From the NCBI RefSeq assembly GCF_001194135.2, contig NC_068990.1, forward strand, positions 27,830,705-27,894,704: 64,000 bases of DNA, read 5' to 3'. This DNA comes from Octopus bimaculoides (lineage: Eukaryota). Both the position numbers and the translations under genes were made by a program. The notes under the pieces were generated by a model, which saw nothing but the letters and a program-made list of their open reading frames with translations, did not search any database and was not told the DNA's origin. Below, piece by piece: positions 37,438 through 49,776 of this stretch; the stretch's first letter is position 1, and each line of letters starts with the position of its first letter.

Positions 37438-37983
37438 CAGTACCAGGCAGTAGTTCTCATGGCTTCTTATCTTAAGTGATTGGAGGTACTATCATGTACA
37501 TTGTTTTGTCTTGGTATAAAAGATGGGATACAGTAAATATTCTGCTCAATACCACAGATTTGCCTATCAGTTGCTTCATCTTAACCAATTGAGTATGTCC
37601 CTTATTGGCTGACGATATGTGCATCTCTGATCACGAGCAGAAGTAGTGGGAGAGCGTTATAGTCATGTGTTGAGAAGAATTCTTTGGGGTTTGGATAATT
37701 CACCTTTGGAAACATGGGTATTTCGTTCGACATCCTTAAATTACCTTTATTCAAGGACCTTTTGAACGGGATGGGCTACTCAACCTGAAGAAAATTCTAA
37801 CTGGGCCCCCACCTGCGAGGTCATGCGCTATTTATCTTGATATGAGACCACTATGTCGCGCTCATATGGTTGTGATGCATGTGCCTGGTGTACCCTTATC
37901 AGACAGGTAGTCATGATGGACATACTAGGCTTCGTATATTTTACCCCAGTGTCACTTTGATGACATGCCCTACTCTCTCACTC
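37437..37983 (+). mobile_element. 547-bp non-coding element flanked by (AAT)n on both sides
   Basis: (AAT)n-GCAGTACCAGG...CTCTCACTC-(AAT)n; end-to-end reverse-complement match to 59248-59793. Strand assigned by (AAT)n polarity. Confidence 0.9.
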
Positions 37984-38029
<46 letters not shown>

Positions 38030-38060
38030 GTAATAATAATAATAATCCTGCTTGCTGCTA

Positions 38061-38220
38061 TAAGCACAAGTCCTGAAATTTTGGAGAAAGAGGTTTACTC
38101 GATTTCGTCGGTCCTAGGATTTAGCTGGCACTTATTTTAGCGACTCCGAAAGAATGAAAGGCAAAGTTGACCTCGCCGGAATTCGGAAAATGCCGTTATG
38201 TATTTCGTACGGTGTGTTAA
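38061..38220 (-). mobile_element. SINE family A, degenerate
   Basis: gcacaag.cctgaaattttg...ccgaaagaatgaaaggcaaagttgacctcg.cggaatt. Confidence 0.75.
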
Positions 38221-39869
38221 CTTATTTCATTGATCCCAAAAGAATGCATGTCAAAGTCGAGTCCATCAGAAATTGAACTCATGATGGACAAAATGTCTTG
38301 TATGCAAGCTGAATTTGAAAGAGTGCGGTAATTTAAGGCGAAAATTCGCTAACTTTCAGTCTAATATCGCTGCAATATTAAGTAGAATTCACCAAACACA
38401 TATTCCACATGAAATAATCTGACAATATCAATATATAACATTGAATCTTTAATGTTCTTTATCAATTTTCTGAAGCATTTTCATTAAATTTATTTAGATG
38501 TCTTTTTTAAAAAGCGTTAATGAACTAAGAGAACGAAAAAATTCTTGTTACTTCATTCATTTTTTAAAAATTAATTATGCATTTTAATTTATTTTATTAA
38601 GTTACAATTTCATTTATAAAATTTACATCTACAATTCGATGAAGCTCGCATCGATATAAGGAATTTTTCCCCATCCTAAAATAATTCTAAATCATGTCTT
38701 GTGTGAACACATCTGATGTAGTTCCTTACAATTGTGTGACGTATTATGTTATATAGAGTGTTGTCTTCACAACTCTTTATCTGCAACTTTTCCTATGCTG
38801 GACTATCTGCTGACTGACTATTGTACGTGGACACGTCTTTACTTATATCGGTATCGTAAAAATGAGATAAATTGTTCAAAGAAAAATATGAAAATTTATT
38901 TAAGTAAATAATTCTCATTGAAAAATATAAAATAGAATACATAATAATGTCACAAATTTGTTGGAAAATTTAGGTAAACTATTTTGGTAAAGTATATAAT
39001 TACCGTTTATAGACGTTATGACTATCAGAATCTTCAACATAAACAAGTCACAGCATACTTTTGAAGAATACGTTTAGTGACAACGCCCAAAACAGATATT
39101 CCAAAAAGCAGCATAAGAAATGCAAGTCATAATTATACAGGTGAAAATGTAAGGCTAATAAAATTAAAGAAAGCAGCAAACGCAAACAGCAATACTACAG
39201 AAATAAGCTACATAAATAGGGAAGAAATTAAATGACATAAAAATATAAAAATCGTGTAATCTGAAAACCAGCAGTAAAAGTGTTTACAACATAATTAGCT
39301 GCACGAGACTGGAATCACCGACAGCAAATAAATATTAAAATAAAACGTAAAGGAACACACAGGCAACATACGGGCATTAAACATATTTCATTTTCTAAAA
39401 TTAGTCGCAAATGAAAAACAGCAAGAGAAGATATAACGCCACTGATAAACGTCCCTTTTCAAGATAAATACTATTTCCTCCAAGAAGGTAAGGAAAACTG
39501 GGGAAAAATAGTCGTACTTCTCTATCACAATGTTGAATTATCCTTACACTCATGGTTTGCAAGTATTGATTGAAGCACCATTGATCTGAGCTACACAGGA
39601 AAAATAATCCCGCCTAAAAGATATTTTACCAGTCGTTCTTGATTTTGCGAAAAGCGAGAAAGACTGACTAAAACTAAACGGCGTCATGATTTCACTAAAT
39701 AATTAAAACTATAAACAACCAACATAACTTGTTAGTGTTGTTGCAAATATCAATATTTTAAAGAGTATTAACATAATACAATAAAATAGAAAGTAGGCCA
39801 AAATATAACAGTTCAATAAACCCAAGAAAAACCAATCATACAAGTATTAAACAAAGCCACCAGTGTTCT

Positions 39870-40480
39870 CTGTTCGATATGATTTATCAACGATATTGCC
39901 AGTTCACAAATCCATTGTCGAACTTGTAATATAGTTCGGACAACTACACAGAAATAGTTTATGTCTACTGTTCCCAGTTGTGGTTGCCGTAGGTCGTGGG
40001 ACTGGTGGTTGAACTTGAAGTGATTCTGTGCCACTATGCAGGAAAGATTGACGCGATGCAAAAGAATAGCAACTGGCAGAAGTTAATGTAATTGAAGCTC
40101 GTCTCTGTAGAGAGAAGGTACAAAAGATATAAAAAAACGTGCAAAAGAAGGTACAAAAGATATGCAGTGATACACATATTGAGGATTTTCGGATGTCTTT
40201 CTCATAACTATGAAATTGAAAGCTATAACAACCACCGACCTCAACGGGACTGCATAGTAACACAGATCGCGTCTTCTCCATCTAGAATAAGGATCTTGCA
40301 CTGTAACAGATTGGGTTTCAAGGGAACATATTAGCACTCTGCCAAACAATCTCAGTGATGAGCGAGTTGTAGATGCGAAGGTTGTCAAAGAAAGTCTGGA
40401 CAATTTTTTATATATGAGATACCAGATAAAAACCATCGCGGCAGGAGGCACAACGAAGAGCAACTCCATCCAACTCACTA
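39870..40480 (+). mobile_element. CR1-clade LINE 3' end
   Basis: VYCSQLW...ELEVI..HY..KI..MQ...W.KL..LKLVSVERR...RYAVI...RDCIVTQIASSPSRIRILHCNRLGFKG...KESLDNFL...PSRQEAQRRATPSNSL. Confidence 0.9.
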
Positions 40481-40594
40481 TTTCATATATATGTGTGAGT
40501 GTGTATGTAAGTATGTATGTTTGGGCATGTGGGTGGTTGGTTGTGGTTTTGATTGATGTGATGTCTTTGGGGTGNNNNNNNNNNNNNNNNNNNN

Positions 40595-40630
<36 letters not shown>

Positions 40631-40761
40631 TGTGTGTGTGCGTGCGTGCGTATGTGTGTGTGCGTGTGTGTGTGTGTGTGTGTGTAAGTGTGTATGTATA
40701 TGTATTAATATATATGTATGTATATGTATACACATATATATTTACACGCACACACACACAC

Positions 40762-40858
40762 GCGGCAATAATAGAAAACACGTGTCCAGGTTACCACGCT
40801 GTGGGACTGAACCTTGAACGATGTAGTTGGGAAGCAAACTTCTTACCACCAAGCCTCG
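40762..40858 (-). mobile_element. SINE family B head fragment
   Basis: ccacgctgtgggactgaacc...gttgggaagcaaacttcttaccac. Confidence 0.75.
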
Positions 40859-41603
40859 ACTGGTTATTCCTCCGAATCCTATTCTTACACCCGCTTTCGG
40901 TGGTTTTACTCACTCCAGACATCAAGCTGTTATTCGTATTAGAGACGCGAAATTTATATTGGACCACAGAATGTTTACTGGAATTTATTGGACTCTCTAT
41001 GTATATTTTCAACAAAATAATGTGAAGAATACATGACATCATCTCATTATGTTCATGTCAATGACATTCACTACCGGAATTCAGCAGAAAATATATTTGT
41101 GTTGAGTGTTTCTCATACCAAGTTATGAAATTACATGTGAATTAAAATAAACTAAAACATCAAATTCAACGTTCAGCACAGAAAAAAGGATGGCTTCGTG
41201 TGCTTGTTCGATATCATAGACGCGTTCTACACAGAATGAATGGATCGTTCGGTCCTTCAAGAGGGAAGGAAAACGACATATTATTATACGTTACGTTCTT
41301 CACACGGACAGCCACAGTGTAGCATGAACGAAAATGAAAATGGAAAGGAGAGAATGAATACGATTGCAACAGAGAGAAAGAGAGAGAGCGGGGAAGAGAT
41401 AAGGAGGGAGAAATGGAGAGAGATTGGGAGAGATTGGGAGAGATTGGGAAAGAGGGGGAGTGCAAAGAGACGTACAGAAATAAAGGAAGTGAAAAACAAA
41501 CGCGACGCGTAAAGCAAGATTCAAACAAGACAGAGTGAATCTATTACGATCTGCTATTCTACAAAGCGCAGATGAAAGTTGGTTATGTCTACATCTTACT
41601 AGA

Positions 41604-41652
<49 letters not shown>

Positions 41653-42112
41653 ATATATGGTTTATGCTTCTAAACCGCATTACACTTTTCCGTATATTTC
41701 TATAATTTGTTTAGCCTTATTTTCTAGTTATCTGCCTGAACCTCTGTACGTAAGTATAGACTTTCACATACAATTCATATTCACACCACAACACCAAGTC
41801 CCACGCACACACGTGCACTGATAGAAATATTGAGATAAAAAGGTTTATAAAATATATGAAATCCTAATAAACAAATACGTATTTTAAATGTACAAATACA
41901 ATATTATTTTATCATATAGCAGCCTATTTATTATACTGATCAATATCTTATCGATATATCAATACTAAATAAATAACACTAAGTCACAGAATGTAAAATA
42001 CAAAAGAATGCAAGCCACGCAAAGTAGACACCAGAATAAAAAAAAAAGAGGAATATAACTAAAATGATAGAGATATCTATGATGATAAAACCAATAATAA
42101 TAATAATATTAA

Positions 42113-42265
42113 TTTCAAATTTTGGCACAAGGCCAGCCAGTGCCGGAAAGCGACCGAGTCGATTACATCGACCTGCAATGTTGTTTTATCGACCCTGAAA
42201 GGATGAAAGGCTAAGTTAATCTCGACGGAATTTGAACTCAGAATGTAAAGACAAACGATATACCG
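42113..42265 (-). mobile_element. SINE family A
   Basis: ttggcacaaggccagc...gtcgattacatcgacc...ttatcgaccctgaaaggatgaaagg...ggaatttgaactcagaa. Confidence 0.85.
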
Positions 42266-42404
42266 ATTTCTTTATTATCCCAAAAAGGCTGTACATAGAC
42301 TTTTTTTTTTAAGACATCATAAAACTTAAAAACAATTCAGAACGCAACAAACATAAAATCGGGGAACTAAAAATACAAAAGCAGATGTTGACAGTTCCTT
42401 TGGC

Positions 42405-43110
42405 TTATTTTTTCTTTCGCTGTTTTGGATTAGTAGCCCCATTTTCGTCCTTCTCTTTTGTTTCCTCTGTTTCATACTTCTGTCTGTCTTTAATTTCCTC
42501 AGTGTGGTCTACAACGTTTTCCTCCTCTGCTTGGGCTTTCTCTTGCTGTGGCTGTGTGAACTTATATAGGGGGCATTTGGTCTTCATATGACCTCTTTCC
42601 CCGCATATATAGCAATTTGGTTTCCTTCCCTCGACTACAACATTTATCGTTCTCTCATCCACCACTTCTATCTGGTATGGAATTATTTCTATGTCCTCGA
42701 ATGTGACAAAAAGTCACATTTCGAGTCCAAATCCCCACCAGTTGCACACTTTTGTTTCCGCCACTGGTCCCAATTCCGGATCCTCCTTGATTTCAGCCAG
42801 TACTGTTGCAACCAACCACACCGGTGTAATTTCTGGTGGCACTCTCGGAATACGTATTCTCACACTTCTCCTTGCTCTATACTTTGGTCGTAGTGCTATT
42901 GTTTGTGTTCCTTAAAATGTTGGTCGCATGTTTGGTTGCCTCTTCTATGGTGGCAAACCTCACCTCTACCGTACCGAACTTTCTTCCTCTGCTAATGTAC
43001 GTGGCTTCATTCACAATTTCACCTAGGCACTCCTCGATTTCTTCTTCCGTCATCATTTCAATTTTACTGGTCTCGAATGCCTGTGTACGATACACAACTG
43101 TTCCTTTCTG
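42405..43110 (-). pseudogene. L1/Tx1-like LINE ORF1 (gag-like, CCHC zinc knuckle), one frameshift and one stop
   Basis: TYISRGRKFGTVEVRFATIEEA / (frameshift) ALRPKY...RIRIPRVPPEI...W / IEVVDERTINVVVEGRKPNCYICGERGHMKTKCP (CX2CX4HX4C). Confidence 0.8.
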
Positions 43111-43821
43111 ATAGAAAGAAAAAATGTACGCCAAATCGTAAGGTAGATTCGTGATAGTGATCAACAAATCACAATGGGAAACATTATGCAAATCAGAATA
43201 AAGGTTAATATGAGAAAATGAAATGGTCAATCAATGATAATACTGTAATGTTTGAAAAATACAATAATTTCTAGGTGAAAGTAAATAGTCAAAAGAAATA
43301 CACAGACATTTAGTCCAGAAATTGGTAAGAAATTTAATTTCGAAATATTTCCCAGCATAATGTCGGAGCGAGGGAATAAAATCCACGAATATGTTGTTAT
43401 ATAAAGAGGCAGAGAAAAATAGAATTCGTCCAGACAATGAGTTAGAAATACTCAGAAATAAGCGAACTAATCAGAAAATATTACGTAAATGAGTGAATAC
43501 ACTGGGAAGGAATATTGTAGACGTATTCGATTAATACTTAAAAAGAAGCTAAATGCCCCAAATATATTAATAAGTATAAGTGATTTTGCTGTATTGATTT
43601 AGATTTTTAATATTCCTGGCACGAGAGACTACAGACTTCACACCAGCAGCAAGCAAAGGCTTGTAATGAACCAAATTTAATTACACAATATATGGAGACT
43701 GTAAAGAGCCAATTTATCATATTATTTCTGTTTGCTAGTGTTAGGCAAAATGATGTATATAAACAGACATTACTTAGAGGTTTTGATCAACTAAAATCTA
43801 TGACAGCATTATTGGATTACA

Positions 43822-43904
<83 letters not shown>

Positions 43905-44402
43905 CACACACACATATTTACATCATATGGCAGAAATACAAGAAAAGTGTTTTAAAATATGCTGCAAAAATCCTGGTACGACATGACAGTTCGTACAAAG
44001 AAATGATTTACGGTTTTATAAGACAAGAAAAAATAGGTTCCATTGAGTTGCCGTATGCCTTGCAGAAACGGAAGAAATTATCCTGAGAAATATCAGGGCC
44101 AAATGAGTGTAACAAAATTCACTGCACTCACTAATGACGGTGTAGTGTTGTTAAATTGGGTAATGAGTGAAATCTACCGAAGATGAAGGGGAGTGATCCT
44201 TTCTAAGAGCTTTCACACATTTTCAGTAATGCAAACTAGTTGCATTGAATTGACGAGAATCATCTTGGGAAAGCATTGTCGTTTACTCGAAGCATCAATT
44301 CCAAAGAAAAATATCTCTGAAAGAATTTAGGAAACCATGGAGAATTTAAGAGCTCTAATTGAACAATTTAGTGTATAGGAATTTAAATTAGAACAACACC
44401 TC

Positions 44403-44471
<69 letters not shown>

Positions 44472-44504
44472 TCCCACTGAATTATACTTTATGATTATTA
44501 TTAT

Positions 44505-44930
44505 TTTTTATGATTCAGTGCGACCATGAGATAGAGAATAGGAAGCCGGACATAGTCTTAATTGAGAAAGAAAACAAACTATGCTGGATCATAGATATAG
44601 CATGTCCAGCTGACAACAAGTTATGCGACAAGGAAGAAATAAAAGTCGAGAGATATGACTGGTTAGCTTGGGAAGTTAAGCAGTTGTGGTGGAGAAAAAA
44701 GGTAGCAGTAGTACCAATAATTGTCGGAACCCTGAGAACAGTGAGTAAAAATTTCGAGAAGTACATGGAACAAATAGGAGCTGCAATAAGGGTGGAGCAC
44801 TTGTAGAAAACAGCATTGCTTGGAACCGCTCGAATACTCTGAAAGGTGCTCGAAAATAAGAGGTGTTATCTTAGTTCACTGGTAGAGAATGGCTGACACT
44901 GTAGTACATCTCCAGCGTTAGCAGCTGTGC
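44505..44930 (+). mobile_element. R4/Dong-clade LINE 3' end (restriction-like endonuclease)
   Basis: IQCDHEIENRKPDIVLIEK...IIDIACPAD...EIKVERY..L...VVPIIVGTL...LLGTARIL; 3' UTR ends gctgtgc-(AAT)n. Confidence 0.92.
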
Positions 44931-45017
<87 letters not shown>

Positions 45018-45176
45018 CTAGATGAATTGCAAAAGTCGACATTACTTTGAACTGCACGCATATTGCATAAAGTACTGTCTGTGAGGTCCTTGTGACTTGA
45101 CAAACAGTACAAACCCCAGGTACATACAATATCTTCAATTAAATACCTCACGATATTGTATACTGTGCGACGTCTA
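45018..45176 (+). mobile_element. R4/Dong 3' tip, different subfamily
   Basis: LDELQKSTLL*TARILHKVLS plus UTR, between (AAT)n tracts. Confidence 0.75.
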
Positions 45177-45195
45177 TAATAATAATAATAATAAT

Positions 45196-45520
45196 TACCA
45201 AAAACACATAATGAAAAGAAATATAACAAGTAACTGTAGAATATGTGGAGATCGACAAGAAACAATAAATCATATTATCTCTGGCTGCCCAGTCCTGGCT
45301 AAGAAGGAATATATTCACAGACACGACAGAGCTGGGACCTATATACACTGGAAGCTATGCCAACATTATGGAATAGCAACAGAAAAAAGATGGTATAAAC
45401 ACACGCCAGAAAAGGTCACAGAAAACGAGAAAGCAACCATACTCTGGGATATGCCAATACACACAGATAGAGAAATTAAGGCAAATAGACCAGATATAGT
45501 TGTCAAAGATCATGAAGGAA
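45196..45520 (+). mobile_element. R4/Dong zinc-knuckle/RLE fragment, open frame, cut by gap
   Basis: CRICGDRQETINHIISGCPVLAKKEYIHRHD...HWKLC...WYKH.PE...ILWD.PI.TDR.IKANRPDIVVKD. Confidence 0.92.
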
Positions 45521-45922
45521 NNNNNNNNNNNNNNNNNNNNNNNNNNNNNNNNNNNNNNNNNNNNNNNNNNNNNNNNNNNNNNNNNNNNNNNNNNNNNNNN
45601 NNNNNNNNNNNNNNNNNNNNNNNNNNNNNNNNNNNNNNNNNNNNNNNNNNNNNNNNNNNNNNNNNNNNNNNNNNNNNNNNNNNNNNNNNNNNNNNNNNNN
45701 NNNNNNNNNNNNNNNNNNNNNNNNNNNNNNNNNNNNNNNNNNNNNNNNNNNNNNNNNNNNNNNNNNNNNNNNNNNNNNNNNNNNNNNNNNNNNNNNNNNN
45801 NNNNNNNNNNNNNNNNNNNNNNNNNNNNNNNNNNNNNNNNNNNNNNNNNNNNNNNNNNNNNNNNNNNNNNNNNNNNNNNNNNNNNNNNNNNNNNNNNNNN
45901 NNNNNNNNNNNNNNNNNNNNNN

Positions 45923-46016
<94 letters not shown>

Positions 46017-46095
46017 AAGAAGAAGAAGAAGAAGAAGAAGAAGAAGAAGAACAACAACAACAACAACAACAACAACAAAAACAATAATAATAATA

Positions 46096-46575
46096 GACAA
46101 AAAGATGACATAAGGAAGAACGGTACTATGCCAGAAGGATCCAAGTAAAAGGAATGCGTTTGGAACTTTCCGACCAAAATCTTGTTTGCTACTGATGTGG
46201 AAACTGATGACGGTCATCATATCAAACAGCATCTATAAGTACCTAGATGAGAATGATCTACTTCCAGTTGAACAAAAAGGGTGAAGACGTAAGAACAGTG
46301 GAAAGAAGGATCAAATACGAATCGACAAGACTATACTGGCTGATTGCAAGAAGAGACACAAACATTTGGCGATGGCATGGGTGGACTACAGGAAAGCATA
46401 TGACAAAGTCCGACGCTCGTGGATAATTGAACACCTTACGGTCTCACAATATCCTGAACCTACTACAAAACTCAATGATAACGTGGCGAAATGAAGACGC
46501 AACATGGGGAGATAAGCTGAGAGAAACAAATATAAAAAGAGGAATCTTTCAAGGGGACAGTCTGTCGCCTCTCCT

Positions 46576-46576
<1 letters not shown>
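46096..46576 (+). mobile_element. R4/Dong RT core fragment
   Basis: [10 protein letters not shown]...FRP..CL..MWKLMT...LLPVEQKG...KDQI.IDK.IL.DCK...[18 protein letters not shown]...KRGIFQGDSLSPLL. Confidence 0.92.
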
Positions 46577-46669
<93 letters not shown>

Positions 46670-46886
46670 TCTATTTTCAATTTTGTTTCCATCTCTTGTA
46701 GAGTGTTTTCCCGGCACTTAGGACACAGACACTCCCCATATACATTGGTAGGCCATTAAAATAAACAGCGAATTGTTCAATTACAATGTCTTGTGATAGA
46801 AAAAAAGGGGAACAACGAAAGAAAATATAAAGAATTTTTTTTTTAATAGGAAAAAATGAAAAAAATGAAAACAAAGAAAATAAACT

Positions 46887-46923
<37 letters not shown>

Positions 46924-47664
46924 ATATTACTATTATTATTCACATCCCATGAATGTCTTAACTTATTTTCCATCTATAAGAAATATTTTGCTTCGTACAA
47001 TATTTACACATTGATTTATTTACTTCGGATTATATCATGCTGACGATTTCTAACAAGAATGAAATGACGCAATACATGATTACATCAGACTAGAAATCAT
47101 TATATATTCATAATATATAATCCATCCCAGAAAAAAAGAACTAGATACATATATTTCATACATCTTCATGTTACTCGGTGTTTTAAATTTCGAATTTACT
47201 AAACCACCAAACGTGTAAAAATGTTTAACTGCCGTAGAGTAACTGAACATCTGGGAGCGCAACGTAATATACAAACAGTTGTATTCAAATCACATAACGT
47301 AACATACAGCAATAGCAAGCAATACTAGCACGCTTCAAACAAAAATAATGTGCTGGTTTGAAGTAAACGCTAATCACAGTAAAAACGAAATTATTTATAT
47401 GTTAATCAATAAAACAAAGTGATAACAATATCCACCAGTAAAGTTATTTTGATGAAAGCTACAGAGGTAGCCGAATGTTTGGACAAAGTAATGTGAGATG
47501 TAACCAAATAACTGTTTAATCGCATATACACTTTTTTCTGTACAGAAAGCAAACGGACATTATAGAAAGAGTTTGTGTTAGTGAGTGGAATCAACGGACA
47601 TGCATGACTGAATTTAAACTCCAACTGTTTAGCGGATGTAGTAAGAATTTAGTAAACGCTCGTG

Positions 47665-47860
47665 GTCTGGTAGCTAGGTCATTGAATTCCCAATCGTACG
47701 ATCAGGGTTTCCACTCTCAGACCGGGCGGTGCGTTGAATTCTCAACCAAATCACTTAATTTCACGATGCACCAGTCCACTGATCTGTAAAAGTGTAACCA
47801 TCAATGGACTGAGGAGCTCCTCAGGTAGGTTACGTATACGCTACGGAGACACAGTAGACA
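47665..47860 (+). mobile_element. Degenerate tRNA-derived SINE
   Basis: gtggtctggtagctagg...cccaatcgtacgatc...cagaccgggcggtgcgttg head. Confidence 0.65.
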
Positions 47861-48008
47861 CACGTCATTTCATTCTTGTTAGAAATCGTCAGCATGATAT
47901 AATCCGAAGTAAATAAATCAATGTGTAAATATTGTACGAAGCAAAATATTTCTTATAGATGGAAAATAAGTTAAGACATTCATGGGATGTGAATAATAAT
48001 AGTAATAT

Positions 48009-48051
<43 letters not shown>

Positions 48052-48899
48052 AGTTTATTTATGAGTGGTAGGACGGGAGATAATAATCACATGTAAAATT
48101 CGTGCTACATATTTGGAAGGCCTGAAAATAAAATGAAATTAATTCCTGCATAGAATTAACACCCAAAATAAAATACACTAACAGAGAAACAACAAACACC
48201 CGATGGCTAAAAACAAATGAAAAAAATTAAATAGTTTTGTAATATTGTGATGAAGTCATATACAACAGGTGAGGCAACAAGAACGATGGAAGTGCCACAG
48301 AACTCGAAATGCAAGGAAGTATCATAGCCAAATAAAAAGCTACATATTATACAAAGATTTCAAAGAATTTATAAAAAATAACAGCCAGCCAGGCGGCCAA
48401 TGAAATTGTATAAATGACGCATAAGTCGTTATACGCGAACGGATTTGATGACAGATAAATTAGTCTAAGCTACTCTAAGAAGTGTTAGCTTGATTAAAAT
48501 TGACAATATCTAATTATAGTCCGGTATTTAAATCAGAGAATTAGAAGAAAACATCAGTACATATATGTAGATGCAACTGAGAACTAAAAAATACTGAACT
48601 GAGAAATAATGAGGAATAATAGAAAAGATTAATTCAGCAGAGTCGGACTAAATTCTAACATCTAACTGCAATGATAGAAATAAAGTGTTTCATAGATATT
48701 CAGAAATTAGATTTTACGTGATGTAACGAAAGATGGACATAAATGTAACATGACGTCATCCATATTTTAATGGATTAGCTTCGTAAGGGAGTATTAATAT
48801 GTAATATGATATATACACACAGGCATTTATAACCACAGAACGATAAATGGTTTTATTTGCTTGTTATTTTGTGTTTTTTTTATATTGAAAGGGAGAAAG

Positions 48900-49030
48900 T
48901 GCGTGGATTAGTAGCTTGGCTATTACACTCATGATTGCAAGACCGTAGTTTCGATTCCCGAAGCGAGCGGTGAGTTCTGCTATTCAACCAAAAAATTCAC
49001 TTCATTTTGTTTCAGACCAAGCATTTGTTA
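48900..49030 (+). mobile_element. Degenerate tRNA-derived SINE head
   Basis: gcgtggattagtagc...ctcatgattgcaagaccgtagtttcgattcccg. Confidence 0.55.
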
Positions 49031-49613
49031 GTGTAAGCCTACAGCGGATTGGGCGCTGTTTGGAGAAAATACTGTGATTTCGGTCACTTACAAGCCACAG
49101 AAGCCTTGTGCGATCTAGGGGTTGAGACATTACTTTATAGATAGAAAATGATCTTTTTTATTTACCCAGAAATACTGAGGTGGCATTTAACACTGAAACA
49201 AGGTGTCGTGTAGTCTGCCGGTTTCACTTGGTGTTCCCTGTGATTTTAACCAGTCGCATTTGACTGACATCATCTATTTCGACACGAATCGGGGTTGGTC
49301 ACAGTCACTCCAAGTGCTAAAACATTCTATAAATTAAAATTATCTTACGGTGGTTTCAAAACATTCTATAAATTGAAATTATCTTACGGTGAAAGCACAT
49401 CTTTAACACAACGAAAACTATACTAAAAAAACTTAGCATTTCACTTCGGACCCAGACCTTCATCCCCTCCCCCGATGATTTTTGATCCAATTCGAAATTC
49501 AGATGAAGCGTACAGTGGAATAACTACGCTGCCATTTCGAACGGTGGTGCGACTGTTGTACACAAGGAATTTCTCAACAGCCCAAAAACTAATGGATATT
49601 ACTTCCTTGACGC

Positions 49614-49776
49614 ATGCGCTCCACGTGTATATTTTGTTCCTCGAACTTGGCCCGTTGCGTGCTCACCTGTACGCTTCTCAACCATATTTATGAAGTGAAT
49701 ACCTTCAGGAAGTCTAGCACCACCACAACGCCGAAGTCATTAAACGTCGTCGACGTGCAACGCTTTAAACCAAAAG
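49614..49776 (+). CDS. Candidate first coding exon of a secreted or membrane protein (exon possibly 49503-49776)
   Basis: Non-repeat CpG-rich segment; ATG 49614 gives MRSTCIFCSSNLARCVLTCTLLNHIYEVNTFRKSSTTTTPKSLNVVDVQRFKPK plus 1 nt, then donor AAG|GTAAAA (phase 1); possible acceptor ttcag at 49502. No downstream exon found in the window. Confidence 0.4.

Noticed and set aside
40083-40500. Minus-strand ORF with a GPCR TM5-like stretch (ELLFVVPPAAMVFIWYLIYKKL) and an apparent terminal exon at 39904-40105
   Set aside because: The plus strand is clearly the 3' end of a CR1 LINE; these frames are its antisense shadow.
48391-48420. CCAAT, TATAAA and TGACG motifs in a row as promoter for the 49.6-kb exon
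   Set aside because: CCAAT-TATA spacing of about 8 bp is atypical and such motifs are common in AT-rich DNA.
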